A stretch of DNA of 64,000 nucleotides from an uncultured delta proteobacterium (GCA_963802945.1 CAWDKY010000033.1:32001-96000), one strand, 5' to 3'; counted from the stretch's first letter, positions 7,933 to 21,328 are shown. Numbers and translations are program-made. The notes: generated by a model not told the origin, from the letters alone.

Positions 7933-9982
7933 TTATCCCCAAAGAGAAATAATAATCGGCACGATCAACAAGGCCACGATGTTGATAACCTTGATCATCG
8001 GGTTAATGGCCGGACCGGCGGTGTCTTTATAAGGATCGCCGACTGTGTCACCGGTTACGGCTGCTTTATGGGCATCGGATCCTTTTCCGCCGTAAAGGCC
8101 GTCTTCAATGGCCTTTTTGGCATTGTCCCAGGCCCCGCCGCCGGAAGTCATGGAAATGGCCAGGAACAGCCCGGTGATGATCGAACCGATCAGCACCCCG
8201 CCCAAGGCCTTGGGTCCAAGGATAAGTCCGACCAGCACGGGAGTCACAACCGGGATCAGGGCTGGAACCATCATCTGTTTGATGGCACTCTTGGTCACAA
8301 TGTCCACGCATTTGGCGTATTCGGGTTTGGCCTTGCCTTCCATAATCCCCTTGATTTCCCGGAATTGCCGTCGGACTTCTTCGACCACGCCTCCGGCTGC
8401 CGTACCAACGGCTTCCATCAGCAGGGAACCAAAGTAATAGGGTAGCAAACCGCCGATAAACAGGCCGACAATCACAAACGGATCGGCCAATGAAAAGGTG
8501 ACCTTCATGGCTTCGGGGAATGACTTGGAAAATTCGGCAAAAAGCACCAGGGCGGCCAGACCGGCGGAACCGATGGCATAGCCCTTGGTCACTGCCTTAG
8601 TGGTGTTTCCAACTGCATCCAAGGGATCGGTGATCTTGCGGATCTTTTCATCCAGTTCGGCCATTTCGGCAATCCCGCCGGCATTGTCGGTAATCGGGCC
8701 GTAGGAGTCGATGGCCACGACGATACCGGTCATGGAGAGCATGGAAACCGCCGCCAGGGCAATGGCAAAAAGACCGCTGCCGGGATTGGCAAATCCGTTT
8801 CCCAGGGCATAGGCGGCCAGGATAGCCGCACTGATTACCAGACACCGGCCAGCTTGAAGACTTCATGGAGACTGCCAGTCCGGCAATGATATTGGTGGCA
8901 TGTCCGGTCTGAGAGGCTGCGGCAATATGTTTGACCGGTTTAAAGGATTTGGAGGTAAAATATTCGGTGATCACCACCAATAACCCGGTGACCAACAGGC
9001 CGACAACCGCTATCAGGAAGATATTCAGGGTGCTGAACTGGCTGGCTATTTCAGGATGCTTGCCGGCGAATTGATCGGTAGCGAAATAGAAGACGATGGC
9101 CGCCAGGATACCGGCCACAGCCAACCCTTTATACAAGGCGCCCATGATGTACTGACTCTTGCCCAAGCGGACAAAAAAAGTGCCGATGATTGAGGCAATA
9201 ATGGAAATACCACCAATCAGTAGGGGGAATTTTATCCAGGGGGTCCCGTCTCCAAAAACCGTTTTGGCCAAGAGCATGGCCGCCACCAGGGTGACGGTGT
9301 AAGTTTCATAAAGGTCAGCGGCCATACCGGCGCAGTCGCCTACGTTGTCGCCCACGTTATCGGCAATAACCGCCGGGTTCCGGGGATCATCTTCCGGGAT
9401 GCCGGCTTCCACCTTACCGACCAGGTCAGCCCCCACGTCGGCGGCCTTGGTATAAATACCACCGGCAATACGGGCAAAGACGCTCATCAGAGAGCAGCCG
9501 AACCCCAATCCGATCAGCGCATGGGTTTCTTTGGTAATGGCATAAAAAAGGGTGATTCCCAAAAGTCCCAAACCAACGACCATGATCCCGGTAACCGACC
9601 CGCCCTTGAAGGCCACGCCAAGGGCCTTGTTCAGACCGCCGTAAGCGGCTTGAGCGGTACGCACATTAGCCCGCACGGTGACCATCATACCGATATATCC
9701 GGCCAGGGCCGAACCGATGGTCCCGATCAGGAAACCGATAGCCGTCGTCCAGCCTAGGGCTGGAATAAAGCCGATAATCAGAAACAAGACAACGGCCACA
9801 ATGGCTACTGTTCTATATTCCCGGTTTAAAAAAGCCGTTGCTCCTTCCTGAACAGCTGCTGAAATCTCTTGCATCCGGGCACTGCCGGCATCCTGTTTAA
9901 GAATCCAGATGGCGGTAATTATGGAATACAGTACCCCGATAGCGCCGCAAATAATGGCAAAGGTAAAAATATTAAGATCCAT
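7933..9982 (-). CDS. hppA: Membrane H+-translocating pyrophosphatase, K+-independent type; one extra base near 8842 splits the frame
   Basis: [26 protein letters not shown] (Lys marks K+-independent), [10 protein letters not shown]. Removing one base restores [13 protein letters not shown]. Confidence 0.93.
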
Positions 9983-10277
9983 AAGTTTTCTCCTCCTCAG
10001 ATTAAAATAATGAAAAATAAAAATAATTTTTTATCAGTCAGGATTACTATCCCACCTCCCTATTAAAAAAACTTTTCAAGTAATTGTTATTAAACTTAAG
10101 ATATTACTTGTGAATTTTACAATAGAGTCCTCCCGCTTCTATCATACCCCCAGGGGGATGTCAAGATTTTTTCCGGAGATTTCTACTCTATCTCTTGACC
10201 TTAACCTTTTTTTCTTGACAGAATAGTAACCTTGGAAATAAGAGAGACTATATCTTCATTCAGAAGAGGAGGGCCTT

Positions 10278-10514
10278 ATGGATAAAGAGCAAGGGGAAAT
10301 TGGCCGCATGCAAATCAATGCTACGGACTATCTCCTTTTTTCGATCAAGGAATATAAAGGGAAACACTATGTTGATCTGAGGAAATATGTGGTCTCTGAC
10401 AGCTACACCGGCTTTACCAAACAAGGGGTCCGGTTTGGCTCCGAACTGTTCAATGAGTTTGAAGAAAAAATAGCCTTGGTGAAAGAAGCGCTGTTGAAAA
10501 ACGACGCCTTATAA
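10278..10514 (+). CDS. PC4/YdbC-family ssDNA-binding protein
   Basis: EYKGKHYVDLRKY...TKQGV motif; GAGGAGG RBS. Confidence 0.8.
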   Translation: MDKEQGEIGRMQINATDYLLFSIKEYKGKHYVDLRKYVVSDSYTGFTKQGVRFGSELFNEFEEKIALVKEALLKNDAL

Positions 10515-10767
10515 ATTCTCATGTCCGTTTATGGCGGGCTCCACGAGATATTAAAAAAAGGGATTCAAGTCCGGCCAACGGCGGGATTGATCTCTATTTT
10601 CGGAATAAGCCCTCTTGCCCCTATGGGGCACTACGAGGCAGGAAAATGTCGAATATCGAATAATGAAAACTGAATGTTGAAGTTAAACAGAAACCCAGAC
10701 ATTCATGATTCGAAATTCGATCTTCGAAATTCAATATTCTTATGGTCTAAATATAAGGAGAGGACCT

Positions 10768-12068
10768 ATGTACTGGGATAAAAAATTTGAGACTATGTCC
10801 TTGGACGAGATGCAGGCTTTTCAATTAAAACAACTCCGGGAAACCGTAGCCTGGGTTTATGAAAAAGTTCCTTTTTATAAAAATAAACTGGATGACCTGG
10901 GGATAAATCCCAATGACATAAAGGAATTGAACGATCTGGGCAAACTTCCCTTTTCCGTCAAAAATGACCTGAGGGATAATTATCCTTTTGGTTTGTGTGC
11001 CGTGCCCATGCAGGATGTCGTTCGAGTCCATGCCTCCTCCGGAACCACAGGCAAACCGATCACCGGTCCTTATACTGCTGACGACCTGGATCAATGGTCC
11101 AATTGCATGGCCCGGAATTTATACGCTGCCGGAGTCCGTTCCAACGACATCCTTCAAAATTCCTACGGTATAGGCTTGTTTACCGGTGGTCTGGGTTTTG
11201 TACAGGGGGCGGAAAAAATCGGGGCCACCCTCATTCCCACTTCTTCCGGTCAAACCGAGCGGCAGATCCTCATTATGCAGGATTTTGGAACCACGGTCCT
11301 CGGCTGTACCCCCTCTTATGCCCTGACTATTGCTGAAAAAGGCCAACAAATGGGGATCAACTTCAAGGATCTTCGTTTACGGATCGGGGTTTTTGGCGCC
11401 GAGCCATGGACCGTGGAGATGCGTAAAGAAATCGAAGAGCGCCTGGGTATCAAAGCCCATGAGGCCTATGGTTTGACCGAACTGATGGGCCCCGGAGTGG
11501 CCTTTGATTGCCAGGCTCAGGACGGTTTTTACATATCAATGAGGATCATATTCTGGCTGAAATCATCGATCCCGTAACCGGAGAAGTTCTGCCCCAGGGA
11601 ACCAAGGGAGAGCTGGTTTTTACTGCCATCCAACGCCGGGCCATGCCCATGCTTCGTTATCGGACCCGTGATATCACCATGCTCAAAAGGGAAAAATGCG
11701 CCTGCGGCCGGACCTTAATCAAGATGGAAAAGGTCTATGGGCGAAGCGACGACATGCTGATTATCGGCGGAGTCAATATCTTTCCCTCCCAGATCGAGAG
11801 CCTCCTTTTGGATCAAAAAGGGATTGAACCTCAATATGTCATTATCGTCCGGAAAAAAGGATATCTGGATAGTTTGGAAGTCAATGTGGAGGCTAAACCC
11901 GAAATTTATCAGGCCGGGGATGAAAAAATCAAAGAGGTGGAAAAAAGGATCGAGTCCCACATGAGAGGGGTAATCGGTATCGGCATCAAGATCCGTCTGG
12001 TTTCTCCAGGGACCATTGCCCGGAGTGAAGGCAAGGCCAAGCGGGTTATTGATGAAAGGAAGTTGTAA
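10768..12068 (+). CDS. paaK: Phenylacetate-CoA ligase; frameshift in a T-run near 11526-11530
   Basis: HASSGTTGKP, YGLTELMGPGVA, RYRTRD, GRSDDMLII. The two ORFs join at DG-LHINEDH. Confidence 0.9.
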
Positions 12069-12069
12069 T

Positions 12070-12253
12070 TGACGGCTTCGTAAAAAGTCCATCAGTCCCG
12101 GTTTCGAGGGATTGCTCTGCACCCTTCCCCGCTTTTCAGCGGGGCAAGCTTATTGCGGCGTACTTATTGTACAGCCTCATTCCTCAGGGCTTGAGCGCCT
12201 TGCATCTGAAGCTTTTTACTGTGCCGTCCCATAATGGCTTTTTTCGATTCCAT
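12070..12253. mobile_element. MITE-like element
   Basis: Ends GACGGCTTCGTAAAAAGTCC / GGCTTTTTTCGATTCCAT; interior is similar to 48648-48770. Confidence 0.6.
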
Positions 12254-12342
12254 ATTGATTTCCTGAGAAGTGATTTTTACGGGTGAAAGATCGCCTTCTG
12301 AGCGGAAGTAAAAAAGTTTGCCCAAAGGGAGAAAGAACACCA

Positions 12343-13512
12343 ATGAAGATCCATGAATACCAGGCCAAAACACTCTTTGCCCGATATGGGATACCGGTTC
12401 CTAAAGGAAACGTGGCCTTTTCCGTGGAAGGAGCGGCTCAAGTTTCCCGGGAAATCGGCCCTCCTCCCTATATCATTAAAGCCCAGATCCATGCCGGCGG
12501 CCGGGGAAAAGGCGGCGGGGTTAAAAAAGCCCAAGGCATTAACGAAGTGGAAAAGGTTTCTAAAGAAATCCTGGGCATGACCCTGATAACCCACCAAACC
12601 GGACCGGAAGGGAAAAAAGTCAGAAAGGTACTGGTTGAAGAAGGGTTGGAAATCGAAAAAGAATTTTATATGGGCATTGTCATGGACCGGGCCAAAGCCT
12701 GTCCGGTGATTATGGTCAGCTCGGCCGGAGGTATGGATATCGAAGAAGTGGCTGAAAAAACCCCTCACTTGATCAAAAGGGAATGGATCGAGCCGACGAT
12801 CGGATTTCAGTCTTTTCAAGCCCGCAACCTCATCTACAGTCTCCCTCTTTCCGCCCCGCTGATCAAATCAGGCTTAACGATATTAAACCAATCCTTCAAG
12901 CTCTTTGAAAACTACGATTGTTCTCTTCTGGAAATCAACCCGCTGGTGGCCACGAAGGACGGGCGTCTCATCGCCCTGGATGCCAAGATTACTTTTGATG
13001 ACAATGCCCTCTTCCGCCATAAAGACCTGCAGGAACTCCTTGATCCCGATGAACAGGACCCTCTGGAACTGGAGGCCGACCGCTACAACCTGAATTATAT
13101 CCGCTTAAACGGCAACATCGGGGTTATGGTCAACGGGGCCGGGTTGGCCATGGCCACTATGGATATCATTAAATTATACGGGGGAGAACCGGCTAACTTC
13201 CTGGATGTCGGCGGCGGGGCAAATGCCGAGATGATCGCCAAAGGGTCGCGGATCATTCTATCCGATGAACGGGTCCAGGCCATCCTGATCAATATTTTTG
13301 GAGGGATTTTACGCTGCGACGTTTTGGCCGAAGGTCTCATCGAAGCGACCCACAAGATGAAGATAAAAGTGCCATTGATTATTCGCCTGGAAGGCACCAA
13401 TGTGGAAAAAGGGCGGGAGATGTTGAATCAATCAGGTCTCAATTTTTTAGTGGCCCATACCATGGGGGAAGCGGCGCAAAAAATCAGTCAGTTGGTAAGT
13501 AAAAAGTTATAG
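12343..13512 (+). CDS. sucC: Succinyl-CoA synthetase beta subunit
   Basis: [45 protein letters not shown]. Confidence 0.97.
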   Translation: MKIHEYQAKTLFARYGIPVPKGNVAFSVEGAAQVSREIGPPPYIIKAQIHAGGRGKGGGVKKAQGINEVEKVSKEILGMTLITHQTGPEGKKVRKVLVEEGLEIEKEFYMGIVMDRAKACPVIMVSSAGGMDIEEVAEKTPHLIKREWIEPTIGFQSFQARNLIYSLPLSAPLIKSGLTILNQSFKLFENYDCSLLEINPLVATKDGRLIALDAKITFDDNALFRHKDLQELLDPDEQDPLELEADRYNLNYIRLNGNIGVMVNGAGLAMATMDIIKLYGGEPANFLDVGGGANAEMIAKGSRIILSDERVQAILINIFGGILRCDVLAEGLIEATHKMKIKVPLIIRLEGTNVEKGREMLNQSGLNFLVAHTMGEAAQKISQLVSKKL

Positions 13513-13522
13513 GAAATCATTT

Positions 13523-14395
13523 ATGAGCATTTTAGTTGGAAAAGACAGTCGGATTCTAGTTCAGGGAATCACCGGAAGGGAAGGCAGTTTTCATGCCCGG
13601 CAGATGCTCGACTATGGGACCAAGGTCGTTGCCGGAATGACCCCGGGAAAGGCAGGACAAACCGTAGAAGGGGTGCCGGTCTATCATACAGTGGAAGATG
13701 CCGTCCGAGAACAGAAGGCGAACTGCTCGATCATCTTTGTGCCTCCGGCCTCGGCCGCCGATTCCATTATGGAGGCGGCAGCAGCCGGGATTGAGGTCAT
13801 TGTCTGCATCACCGAGGGGATCCCCACATTGGATATGGTCCGCGTCAAACATTACCTGAAAGACAAACCTTCGGTCCTGATCGGCCCCAACTGCCCGGGT
13901 ATTATCAGCCCGGGGACTTGCAAGGTGGGCATCATGCCGGGATATATTTTTCAGCCCGGGTCGGTTGGTGTAATTTCCCGCAGCGGCACGTTGACCTATG
14001 AGGTGGTGGATCAGATCAGCAAACAGGGCCTGGGCCAGTCCACGTGTGTCGGCATCGGGGGAGACCCGATTATAGGTCTCTCTTTTATTGAGCTCTTAAC
14101 CCATTTCGCCCAGGACGAGCAAACCCAAGGAGTGGTCCTGATCGGCGAGATTGGTGGAAACGCAGAAGAAGAAGCCGCCCGGTTTATTCAGGACCATTTT
14201 CCTAAACCGGTTATCACCTTCATTGCCGGCCAGACTGCTCCGCCGGGGCGCAGGATGGGCCATGCCGGGGCCATCATTTCCGGTAAATCCGGGACAGCCC
14301 AGGAAAAAACGGCTGTTCTTCAGGCCGCCGGTATCCGGGTAATTCTGGATCTGACCAAGGTGGGGGAAGTGGTCGCGGAAGTGATGAAAAAATAA
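13523..14395 (+). CDS. sucD: Succinyl-CoA synthetase alpha subunit
   Basis: [29 protein letters not shown]. Confidence 0.97.
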   Translation: MSILVGKDSRILVQGITGREGSFHARQMLDYGTKVVAGMTPGKAGQTVEGVPVYHTVEDAVREQKANCSIIFVPPASAADSIMEAAAAGIEVIVCITEGIPTLDMVRVKHYLKDKPSVLIGPNCPGIISPGTCKVGIMPGYIFQPGSVGVISRSGTLTYEVVDQISKQGLGQSTCVGIGGDPIIGLSFIELLTHFAQDEQTQGVVLIGEIGGNAEEEAARFIQDHFPKPVITFIAGQTAPPGRRMGHAGAIISGKSGTAQEKTAVLQAAGIRVILDLTKVGEVVAEVMKK

Positions 14396-14478
14396 CAAAG
14401 GAAGATATTGGATAGCGGATAAAAGAAACCATCAAGCATCCAGTATCAGCTTTTGCCTTTATCCAGCATCCAGCATCA

Positions 14479-15033
14479 ATGAAGCTTTTATTACACATCT
14501 GTTGTGCCCCCTGTACGATCTTCCCGCTTACCGTCTTGCGGAATCAGGGTATTCAGATCAGCGGCTATTTCTATAATCCCAATATCCACCCTTTCAGGGA
14601 ACATGAAAAACGCAAAAATACGTTACAAGAATATGCCCGGATTTGTGGTCTTGAGGTCGTTTATAACGATCAATACGATCTTGAGCTTTTTTTAAATCGT
14701 ACCCGGCCCTGGGGACCGGAGCGTTGTCGGATCTGTTATGAGATCCGTCTTGAGTCGGCGGCCAAACAGGCCAAGGTGCAAGGTTTTGATGCCTTCAGCA
14801 CTACACTACTCTATAGTCGTTATCAAAAACATGATTGGATCAAAGAGGTCGGGACTCAAGTCGGGAAACGCCTTGAAATCCCTTTTCACTATCAGGATTT
14901 CCGGCCGGGTTGGAAGGAAGGGGTTTTAAAATCAAAAGAGCTTGGTTTATACCGCCAGCCCTATTGCGGCTGTATCTTCAGTGAAAAGGAACGCTTCTCG
15001 CCCAAGCCGGATAGGTCGAAGGAAAAATATTAG
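14479..15033 (+). CDS. queH: Epoxyqueuosine reductase QueH
   Basis: LLHICCAPC, FYNPNIHP, RCRICY, YRQPYCGCIFS. Confidence 0.93.
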   Translation: MKLLLHICCAPCTIFPLTVLRNQGIQISGYFYNPNIHPFREHEKRKNTLQEYARICGLEVVYNDQYDLELFLNRTRPWGPERCRICYEIRLESAAKQAKVQGFDAFSTTLLYSRYQKHDWIKEVGTQVGKRLEIPFHYQDFRPGWKEGVLKSKELGLYRQPYCGCIFSEKERFSPKPDRSKEKY

Positions 15034-15182
15034 CCGCAGACGCCTACGGACCCCAATAGATAATATCAAAACCTTGGGCAGAAGACCCTGCTTTGTAAGG
15101 CGTGATTGAATGCCTCCAGACAATGAGTTTGAGGGCCTGAAGCCTTCAATCAAATAGATTAAATAGAAAGGAAAAATAAACC

Positions 15183-15899
15183 ATGGCTTTTTACGATTAT
15201 AAACTGGAAGAGCATGTAGCCGTGTTGACCATGAACAACGGGGAAAACCGTTTCACCCTTCCCTCTCTGGATGCCTTTTTAACAATTTTGGATGAAATCG
15301 AAAACCAACCTGCAGCCACCGTGCTGGTGGTTAAGAGTGCGGACACAAAAATCTGGTCCAACGGCATCGACCTAGACTGGTTGATGTCCGCCACGGCTGA
15401 AAACCCGGAAAAGGGCATGCAGTTTTCCATGCGGCTTATGCTACTCCTACGGCGCATTTTAACCTATCCTTTGATCACCATCGCCGCCATCAACGGCCAT
15501 GCCTTTGCCGGCGGGGCCATCATGGCCTGCGCCTTCGACTTTCGATTCATGCGGACCGATCGCGGTTATTTCTGCTTCCCGGAAGTAGACATCCAGATCC
15601 CTTTTATGCCGGGCATGGATGCCCTCATCAAGAAGGCCCTGCCCGGCCATCTTTCTCTGGAGGCCCAGTTGACCGGAAAACGTTACACGGCCGTGGAATT
15701 GGAGGCTCAAAAGGCTGTATTCAAGGCCTGCCACCTCGATGACCTGATGAATGAAGTCATGACCTTTGCCAAAACCATGAACAAGGGCCGGTCGATCCTA
15801 AAAACCATTAAGGAGGTAGGCTTTAAACACATCCTGCGGGTCATGGAAATCGATGATCCGATCTACATCGAAGAAAGAAAGGCCCAAGGCAGACTATAA
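15183..15899 (+). CDS. Enoyl-CoA hydratase/isomerase family protein
   Basis: SNGIDL, AAINGHAFAGG, CFPEVDI. Confidence 0.9.
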   Translation: MAFYDYKLEEHVAVLTMNNGENRFTLPSLDAFLTILDEIENQPAATVLVVKSADTKIWSNGIDLDWLMSATAENPEKGMQFSMRLMLLLRRILTYPLITIAAINGHAFAGGAIMACAFDFRFMRTDRGYFCFPEVDIQIPFMPGMDALIKKALPGHLSLEAQLTGKRYTAVELEAQKAVFKACHLDDLMNEVMTFAKTMNKGRSILKTIKEVGFKHILRVMEIDDPIYIEERKAQGRL

Positions 15900-16038
15900 G
15901 CGGGCACGAATAAAAGGATACCAATTCACATCCTGAAAACAAGGTCAAGATCGTCCTCAAAAAAGGCTTTTGGACACTAGCCTAGCCTGAAAGAAACCGA
16001 GGCTTTCTTCAAGAAACTAAACGAAAGGAGAATTTGAT

Positions 16039-16848
16039 ATGTCTGAGCGTGTAGTTTATACAATGAATAACGGCGTGGCCGATGTTCGAATGAATCGTGT
16101 GGATAAAATGAATGCCTTAGACCCGGCCATGTTCGAAGCATTGACCGCAACGGGGAAGAAGCTGGCTACCGACAAATCACTCCGGGTTGTCGTCTTGTCG
16201 GGCAATGGGAAGGCCTTTAGCGCCGGCTTGGATTTTATGAGTTTTCAAGCCATGACCGATTCCAACCGGGAGGGTCTGAGTCGCCAAATATTTGAATTGG
16301 AAAAAGATAGTCCGGCTAATTTCGCCCAGCAAGTCGCCTTTGTCTGGCATATGCTGCCGGTCCCGGTCATTGCCGCCGTGCATGGGGTGGCCTTTGGTGG
16401 CGGACTCCAGGTGGCCCTGGGGGCCGATATTCGCATCGTCGCTCCGGATGTCCGGCTGTCGATCATGGAGATTAAATGGGGCCTGGTTCCGGATATGAGC
16501 GGAACACAGCTCTTGCGCCACCTGGTCAGATTGGACGTGGTTAAAGAACTGACTTATACCGGCCGCATTGTTTCTGCCAAGGAGGCCCTCGAAATCGGTC
16601 TGGTCACCCGGATCAGTGAAAACCCGCATGAGGAGGCCATGAAATTGGCCCGTGAAATCGCTTCCAAATCTCCGGATGCCATCAGGGCCGGGAAGAAGCT
16701 TTTAAACGCCTCCAGACTGGTCAGTGTTGCCGAAGGGCTAAAACTCGAAGCCGAACTTCAACATTCTATTATCGGCCAACCGAACCAGGTGGAAGCTGTC
16801 ATGGCCAACATGGAAAAAAGGGATCCTAAATTCAGGGATGTAGGTTGA
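16039..16848 (+). CDS. Crotonase/enoyl-CoA hydratase family protein
   Basis: FSAGLD, AAVHGVAFGGG, EIKWGLVPDM. Confidence 0.92.
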   Translation: MSERVVYTMNNGVADVRMNRVDKMNALDPAMFEALTATGKKLATDKSLRVVVLSGNGKAFSAGLDFMSFQAMTDSNREGLSRQIFELEKDSPANFAQQVAFVWHMLPVPVIAAVHGVAFGGGLQVALGADIRIVAPDVRLSIMEIKWGLVPDMSGTQLLRHLVRLDVVKELTYTGRIVSAKEALEIGLVTRISENPHEEAMKLAREIASKSPDAIRAGKKLLNASRLVSVAEGLKLEAELQHSIIGQPNQVEAVMANMEKRDPKFRDVG

Positions 16849-17385
16849 TCTTGGGTTAAAATTCCTAAGAATCTCCTGCCTTCCAGGAAGAAGGTTTTCG
16901 CATGTCTAAAGGACTCTTGAAACCACAAACGGTAAGATCTGGTAATATATGCGAAGGTGTTCCATAGGGGTTTTACAGATTATATACGAAAGGAGCAATG
17001 GTGATGGATCGCAGGACTTTCATCAAGTCCGCTATGGTTCCGGAAGCGCCGTTAACCTGCTGATCGTTCCCTTAGACTATAACATCGACATCCATCACTC
17101 TTCCATCTTTACCATCGGCGGGCAGACCGGTAAGAACGACACCATAAAATTAGACAGCGGGTGTGTGAATTTTGATCCCCTGGCCGGGCCACAATTGTTC
17201 CTATTATAGCCAGATCCCTTGGGTGGGTCAGCGGCCGCGTCTGAGCCTGAGCCAACTGACAGGAATAATCTTTAATCCCTGCCCCTCTTTTCCGGCTAAC
17301 CACTTTCGCCAGGTCTCGGCGCCCTTCAAAAACCCCCTTTTTTGAACTGCGAATTTTATCAGCCAAACAAAAGGACGGAATGTTT

Positions 17386-19552
17386 TTATCGAAGTATGGA
17401 ACAGGATTTCAATTGAAAAACAGGAGGATGCTGGAATAGGTATCGGTCAGAAGGACGTATCTCTTTATTCGGGTGGGCCGAGAACAATTTTCTCCAGCCG
17501 GATTTGGAGGGTAAGGCGTTCGTTGGTTCTTCATTCCAGGTCAGCAGACACCATTTTGAAGAAAGCAGGTTAGGTCCCCTTTCCGGGTTAACGGAGGCCA
17601 GGCTATTGGCATTGATTGTCCGGGAGATACTGGCCACTACGGGGATGAGATCCAGATAGTTATTGTTCCACATGGACCAGGATAACCCCTCTTGGGTTTC
17701 AAGTGTCGGTCTATATTCCTTAAAGGCCTCCGTGGTAATGAGATGAACCGGTATGGAATCGCCGTTGAAGGCATCGATGATGATCACATCATAATCGGTC
17801 ATCCATTTTGGAGAGGTTAATTCGTCCGTCTCCAAAGATGTAGCGGATTTGAGCCGGTGAATTTTTTAGATAAGTGAAGTATCTCTCGGGCAATGCACAG
17901 AACATCAGGATGAGCTCATAGAAATCGATGACCTGCCCCAGCCGCCCGTAAGCGGCAATCGTTCCCACCCCTAACCCGACAGCGGCGATCTTTCCCGGGA
18001 ACGGCCTGATCGGGCTATCCAGAATTCTCCGACCAGGGTATCCCGGTGATAGTACGACAGGGGTTCATTGGCCCGGTCTTGGTTCAAATACTGAACGCCA
18101 TGCAGGGTTGTGCCGTTATAAAGCTTGAGAAAGACGCCGTCTTCTTCCATAAGTCGATAAAGGCCATAGTAGTTTCTATGGGTGTAAATCGTTTTGGACC
18201 ATAGCTTTTCCAGGGGATTCCCGGCAATCAGGAGAACGGCGATAAATACCAGAAGGGCCTGGGGCTTTGCCTTTATCTGCCGGGAAACGGCCCCAAAAAT
18301 GAACAGTAGCAAAAGGATGTCCAGTAAATGATAGGTTTTGAACTTCAGGGGCCAGACGATCATAAGGGCCGTAGGTAAGCGACCAGGCGGAAATCACGGA
18401 AGTTAGGGAAATCTCCCCGGTTTTTAGTAACAAGGCCCCTGTAATCAGGAGGAGTCCGAAAAGGTATTCAAAGTAAGGGTTGGGGATCAGCGGCAGGCGG
18501 GATCCAGGTGACCGCTATTCCCCCCAAGGCCCCGCCCAGGGCAATGATCAGATAAAAGGTCGTCAGTTGATCATTGTCCTGGGGCCGGCTGGTGTACAGT
18601 TCATACTGACAGAAGAGGCATAGGGCAAAGAGGAAGACAAAATAAAATAAAATGGTCAGCAGGAGGGGCAGGAAGGCACCGAGGTAGAGAAAGGCGATAA
18701 TGAAACTAATAGATAGGGCAGTCCTGGCTTCAGCCTCTTGGGGTAGAAGGGTTTATCCTTGAACGTGAGGACGAAAGAGAGAAGGTAAATGGCCAGCGGA
18801 ATGACCCAGAGCAGGGGGCATGGTGTTATGGTATAGGTTATAAAATTGGTGGTGGAAAGAAACAAGATCGAACCGGCTGCGGCCAGGAGAAGCCAGTAGG
18901 CCCTTTCTTTTTTTGAAGGGACTGAGCCTGGCAGGGATTTTTGGAGGTCTGCCCTGTCCCGGCTGGCGATCAGTTTAAAAGACAGCAGATAAAAAAGAGG
19001 AAAGGACCCATAGCCTATTCTCCAGATGGTCAATTGAGTGGGGATATCGGAATAATATTCAAAAATAAATGGATAACTTAAGAGCCGCAGAAGGAGCCGG
19101 CATTGGAAAAGGCATATAACAGGGCCGGGTTGCTATGCCGGGGCAGGTCGCTGGAGGCCAACCACATTTGCGTAATGACGCTCATGGTGGACAGGACAAA
19201 GAAGACCAGGCCGATACTCAAGGAAAGCTTTAGGAATATGTCCAGGATCATGGGAAGCATTTGACCCCTGGGCCATAACCGACAGGGATCTGCCGGGAAA
19301 GAATAACAAAGGGAGAAAAATCAGGAGCAGATGAAAACATCGGTATTTGAAAAAGCCGAATTTCCGGATAACCCAATGGGCGTACCAGTACCCGAAGAGC
19401 AGGGTGCATTGAAAAAAAACCACGCACCCGCCCCAGACCAAATAGGTCCCCCCGTATTTAGGCAGGAAAATCTTGGCCATAATCGACTCAATTTGAAAGA
19501 TTAGGAAGGCGGCCAGGAAGCTGAGGATATAAAGTAAGTAGGCTTTTTTCAT
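17386..19552 (-). pseudogene. Fused membrane/spermidine-synthase-like protein broken into several frames
   Basis: Fragments in order: PKYGGTYLVW..FFQ, LYAFSNAGS, PLLWVIPLAIYLLSF, RNYYG..NGTTLHG..PLSYY, YDVIIIDAFNGDSIPVHLIT. Confidence 0.8.
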
Positions 19553-19940
19553 GATTTGTATGGAAATATACTAATCTTTTCCGGTGAATCCGTCAAAAAA
19601 AACAGGGGCCCTTCAGTAGGCCCTTTAAAAAATAATTTGTCTTTAACTGCAAAATACAAAGGCAGGGGCAGAAAGGGGTCTCTGCCTTTTTTTGTGCAAA
19701 TTTCAAATAGTAATCCTTAATTTTCGGAATGATTTCTTTAGAAGAGTTGGGTATACTTCATCCTGCCTATTTTGACACTATCCGTCAAATCAAATACTGG
19801 ATAAAACATTTTACATTATCGGCTGTAAGGTGACTACAAAGAAAGGGATAAAGAAAAAATAATTTTAAAGCTCCCTGCTTCAAGGTGCAGTCCCGTCTTG
19901 GCGGGATTCCCTGCGGGGATTGACAAAATAAATTCCCGGT

Positions 19941-20738
19941 TTATCCTTTGTGAAAATGCATGTACCAGAGATACCGGGTGAATTCCTTAAATCCCAAGCG
20001 TCGATAGATCGGTTCCCCGAATGGACTGGCTTGAAGGATAACAGAGGATGCGCCTCTGCGGAAGGCCTCATTGGTCACGGTGGCCGTACAGACTTCGGCC
20101 AATCCTTTTTTCCGAAACGACTCCATGGTGCCTACCCAGTAAATACCGGCAATGGAGTGTGAAAAAATAATCATGGCGCAGGAAACCGGCTGTTCATCTA
20201 CATAAATGACAACCAGATAATTATAAGGTCGAATCATCCTTTCCGGATTTTCAAAAATTTTTTTCCCGATTTCTACGTCCATTCCCAGGCTCTGAAAACT
20301 ATTGATGGCCACTGCGGCGAAATCGGCGGCCCCGTCTTCATCCTCTATCGACTTGATTTTAAAGTCAGTCGGGAGGTCCTTTGCAGGAATCGGCTTATGG
20401 ACGGCCATCCCCGGAGTTTCGAATATTTTCGTCAGTTTAGCAATGACCGGCAGAGGTCCTCAAGATCGGAATCCAGATGCCGACGCACATAGAGGCTGTA
20501 GCCGCGTTTCCTGTTGCCGAAGAAGCTCTTGACCTTTTCCATGCACCTCCTCAGCCGGCGGCCAGGCATGGTTGCCGAGGCGAATGGCCGAATTGGTTTT
20601 CGGGGTTAAACCTCCTCCGGCGATCAGCAGAAGGTCATCCTGTTCCAGGATCTCACAATGGTTTGCCCAGCGGGCGGTTTCCCGTATGGATTCAGCATAA
20701 TTTAAATCAGCAAGATATATTAGATCGTGGTTGGTCAC
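19941..20738 (-). pseudogene. GNAT-family acetyltransferase, frameshifted near 20460-20540
   Basis: C-terminal AGIYWVGT..FRKKGLA..LQASPFGEPIYRRLGF; the N-terminal part (ADLNYAES) is in other frames. Confidence 0.75.
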
Positions 20739-20795
20739 GGGTGCTCCTTAACTAAACCCTCATACCCCTATGGGCACTAAAATTAATTTTAGGAT

Positions 20796-21174
20796 TCAAG
20801 TGAAAGGCGTGGAATTTAACTCTTGAATCTTAACTTTGTATTCCAAGATTTCAATTATCTTAGTTTGTATTTTCTCCACAATGACCTCGGCCATCTTCTC
20901 TTCCGGCATTGCTTCCAAATCCACCATCGTCCCGGAGATTACAATCCATCTTTTGGCCAAACGTCTGAGGGCTGGTTTATCCGCACAAGCCGTCGGGCAT
21001 CCGCAAACCAAAACGGCCTTTTCGTATGGGACGGCCGAATTGCTCCGTCACCAGTTTGCATTCCGGCGGCAGCAATTTTCTGATTTCTTGAACCAGGACC
21101 GATCGGTCAATAACGGGATTGCACCCTCCGCAATATTTTAAGCCTATCTCCTTAACCTTCTCTGCCAAGATCAT
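20796..21174 (-). pseudogene. Small Cys-rich protein (KYCGGCNP ... CGCPTAC), frameshifted
   Basis: ORFs 20977-21174 and 20796-21011 join into one protein. Confidence 0.65.
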
Positions 21175-21195
21175 TACCGGTTAAAGCTTTTTAAA

Positions 21196-21328
21196 GATGA
21201 AATCGCAAAAAGTCGTCACCCCGGCGAAAGCTGGGGTCCAGGGGTTTGTTAACTTATTCAAGTTTCTGGATTCCGGGTCAAGCCCGGAATGACGAAAAAA
21301 GGTTCTTGCGACTTTTTGCGAGGCCATC
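21196..21328. mobile_element. MITE with internal REP-like palindromes
   Basis: TIR GATGAAATCGCAAAAAGTCG / CGACTTTTTGCGAGGCCATC. Confidence 0.7.

Noticed and set aside
11520-11535. Programmed frameshift in paaK
   Set aside because: A short T homopolymer with no recognisable slippery heptamer or stimulator; other unrelated indels in the window favour error.
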